Below, in pieces: positions 62,205 through 64,000 of a stretch of 64,000 bases of DNA. The stretch spans positions 1,024,001 to 1,088,000 of the forward strand of contig OY970178.1 of assembly GCA_963707915.1 (NCBI GenBank). Direction: 5' to 3'. Position 1 is the stretch's first letter, and each line of letters begins with the position of its first letter. Source of the stretch: Candidatus Eiseniibacteriota bacterium. Its GTDB lineage: Bacteria > Eisenbacteria > RBG-16-71-46. Under the pieces are notes generated by a model, which did not search any database, had not been told where the DNA came from, and saw only the letters and a list, made by a program, of their open reading frames with translations. The translations under genes and the position numbers were made by a program.

Positions 62205-64000
62205 TTGCGTCACGTGACCCCGCTCCTGCTCGCCCTGTCCATCGTGGCCCCGTGCTCCGCCCGCGCCGCGGTGATCCCGACGCCGAGCGAACATCTCAAG
62301 ATGGCCATCGGCGCCGACCGCGTGCTGGCGGACTACCGACAGATCCGTGCCTACTTCGCCGAGCTCGACCGTCTCTCGCCGCGCGTGCAGGTCGAGGACC
62401 TCGGCCCCACCACGCTGGGCGAGCCCATGATCATGGCGGTGATCTCGTCCGAGGCGAACCTCGCGCGCCTGCCCCGCCTGAAGGAGATCGCGCGGCGGCT
62501 CAGCGACCCGCGCGGACTCAGCGCCGGCGGGATCGACTCGCTGGCACGCGAGGGCCGGACGATGCTGCTGGTGACCTGCAACATCCACTCCACCGAGATC
62601 GCCGCCTCGCAGATGGCGATGGAATGGGCACACGCGCTCGCCACCGCCGACGACCCCGAGACGCTCCACCGCCTCGACCAGGTGGTGCTGCTGCTGGTGC
62701 CCTCGCTCAATCCCGACGGCCAGATCATGGAGACCGAGTGGTACCGCAAGTACCTCGGCACGCGCTACGAGGGCGGGCGCATGCCGTGGCTCTACCACCC
62801 CTACACCGGGCACGACGACAACCGCGACTGGTTCATGCTCACACAGAAGGAGTCGCAGGCGATGTCGCGCGCGGTCTACAAGGAGTGGTTCCCCCAGGTG
62901 TGGCTCGACGAGCACCAGATGGGCGCCACGGGGCCGCGCCTGTTCCTGCCGCCCTACTCCGAGCCGGTGGCCCCCGAGATCCACCCGCTGGTGTGGCGCG
63001 AGGTCAACCTGATCGGCTCGCAGATGGCGCTGCGCCTCGAGCAGGCGCGGAAGTCGGGGGTGATCTACGGCTACCAGTTCGACGCCTACTGGCCGGGCGG
63101 CACCAAGAACACCGCGTGGTTCAAGAACATCTCCGGCCTGCTCACCGAGGCGGCCTCGGTGCGCGTCGCCACGCCGGTCTACGTGGAGCCGAACGAGCTG
63201 AGCGGCGATCGCAAGGGCCTGATCGACTACCGGCCGCAGACCAACTTCCCGAGCCCGTGGCCGGGCGGCTGGTGGCGCCTGCGCGACATCATGGACTACG
63301 AGCGCATCGCCTCGGACGCGCTGCTCGAGACCTGCGCGCAGCACCGCGAGGACATGCTGCGCGACATGGCGGCGCGGGCGAACGCGTCGATCGCGCAGGC
63401 GCAGCCGGGTGAGGCGTTCCGCATCCCGCGCACGCAGCGCGACTGGCCCACCGCGCTGCGGCTCGCGGCGCTGCTCGACGCGCACAACGCCGAGGTCGCC
63501 GAGGGCCCCGGCGGCGACCTGTGGGTGCCGCTGGCCCAGCCCTACGGGCTGTTCGTGCGCGAGATGCTGACCGCGCAGCGCTACCCGGAGGTGAAGCTGG
63601 TGCCCGGGAAGGACATCGTGCGCCCCTACGACGTGGCGGCGTGGTCGCTGCCGCTGATGATGGGCGTCACCGTGGAGCGGGGCACGCTGCCGGCGGGGAC
63701 GCGGCAGTACGTGCCCGCGAGCGCCGCGGGCGAAGCGCCGGCCGGCGGGGCCGCGCTGGCGCCGGGCGTGGAATCGGCACGCGCCCTGAACGCCGCGCTG
63801 CGCAGCGGCGGGCGCGTGAGCGTCGCGCGCGAGGCGGTCGAGGCCGCGGGCACGAGCTGGCCGGCGGGCACCGCGTTCCTCGACCACGCGGCCGCGCTCG
63901 CCGCGGCGAAGGCCCTGGCGCCGGGCGTCACGCTGGTGCCGGCCGAAGTCGCGCCGGCGAATGCCGCGACCTTGACCGCTCCGCGCGTCGGCCTCTACAA
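62205..64000 (+). CDS. Exported M14-family zinc carboxypeptidase; 3' end runs off the window
   Basis: Not in the ORF track. AGGAGG then TTG 62205, signal MRHVTPLLLALSIVAPCSARA; NIHSTE (HxxE), NPDG, GHDDNRD, DEHQMG. Confidence 0.88.
   Translation, partial: MRHVTPLLLALSIVAPCSARAAVIPTPSEHLKMAIGADRVLADYRQIRAYFAELDRLSPRVQVEDLGPTTLGEPMIMAVISSEANLARLPRLKEIARRLSDPRGLSAGGIDSLAREGRTMLLVTCNIHSTEIAASQMAMEWAHALATADDPETLHRLDQVVLLLVPSLNPDGQIMETEWYRKYLGTRYEGGRMPWLYHPYTGHDDNRDWFMLTQKESQAMSRAVYKEWFPQVWLDEHQMGATGPRLFLPPYSEPVAPEIHPLVWREVNLIGSQMALRLEQARKSGVIYGYQFDAYWPGGTKNTAWFKNISGLLTEAASVRVATPVYVEPNELSGDRKGLIDYRPQTNFPSPWPGGWWRLRDIMDYERIASDALLETCAQHREDMLRDMAARANASIAQAQPGEAFRIPRTQRDWPTALRLAALLDAHNAEVAEGPGGDLWVPLAQPYGLFVREMLTAQRYPEVKLVPGKDIVRPYDVAAWSLPLMMGVTVERGTLPAGTRQYVPASAAGEAPAGGAALAPGVESARALNAALRSGGRVSVAREAVEAAGTSWPAGTAFLDHAAALAAAKALAPGVTLVPAEVAPANAATLTAPRVGLY

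Overview
Very GC-rich, gene-dense bacterial chromosome segment, mostly on the minus strand. The gene content (FG-GAP proteins and other secreted proteins with FlgD-Ig/T9SS-like C-terminal domains, a PorV-like barrel, GWxTD proteins) suggests an FCB-group organism such as Ca. Eisenbacteria; this assignment is an inference. Core genes: pfkA-gap-pgk-tpiA, secG and tRNA-Leu(GAG), a long ftsK-rimO-hyp-bamD-nadD-polA-coaE-prfB (programmed +1 frameshift)-pmm/pgm-mpg run, and ahcY. Other genes: a liu-like acyl-CoA carboxylation cluster with an inserted AtuA-family gene and no HMG-CoA lyase, a divergent membrane pyrophosphatase and an M16 peptidase pair (two single-base frameshifts), a degenerate vapBC pair, and M28 and M14 peptidases. 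The most interesting element is an outer-membrane cassette at about 8.5-18.9 kb: orphan beta-barrel, TonB-dependent receptor, ~1000-aa secreted protein with a T9SS-like CTD, adjacent PorV-like barrel, and GWxTD protein. It looks like an uncharacterised uptake or surface-display system with no SusD lipoprotein. I found no CRISPR array, rRNA, integrase or transposase. All calls come from reading motifs by eye; no database searches were run.
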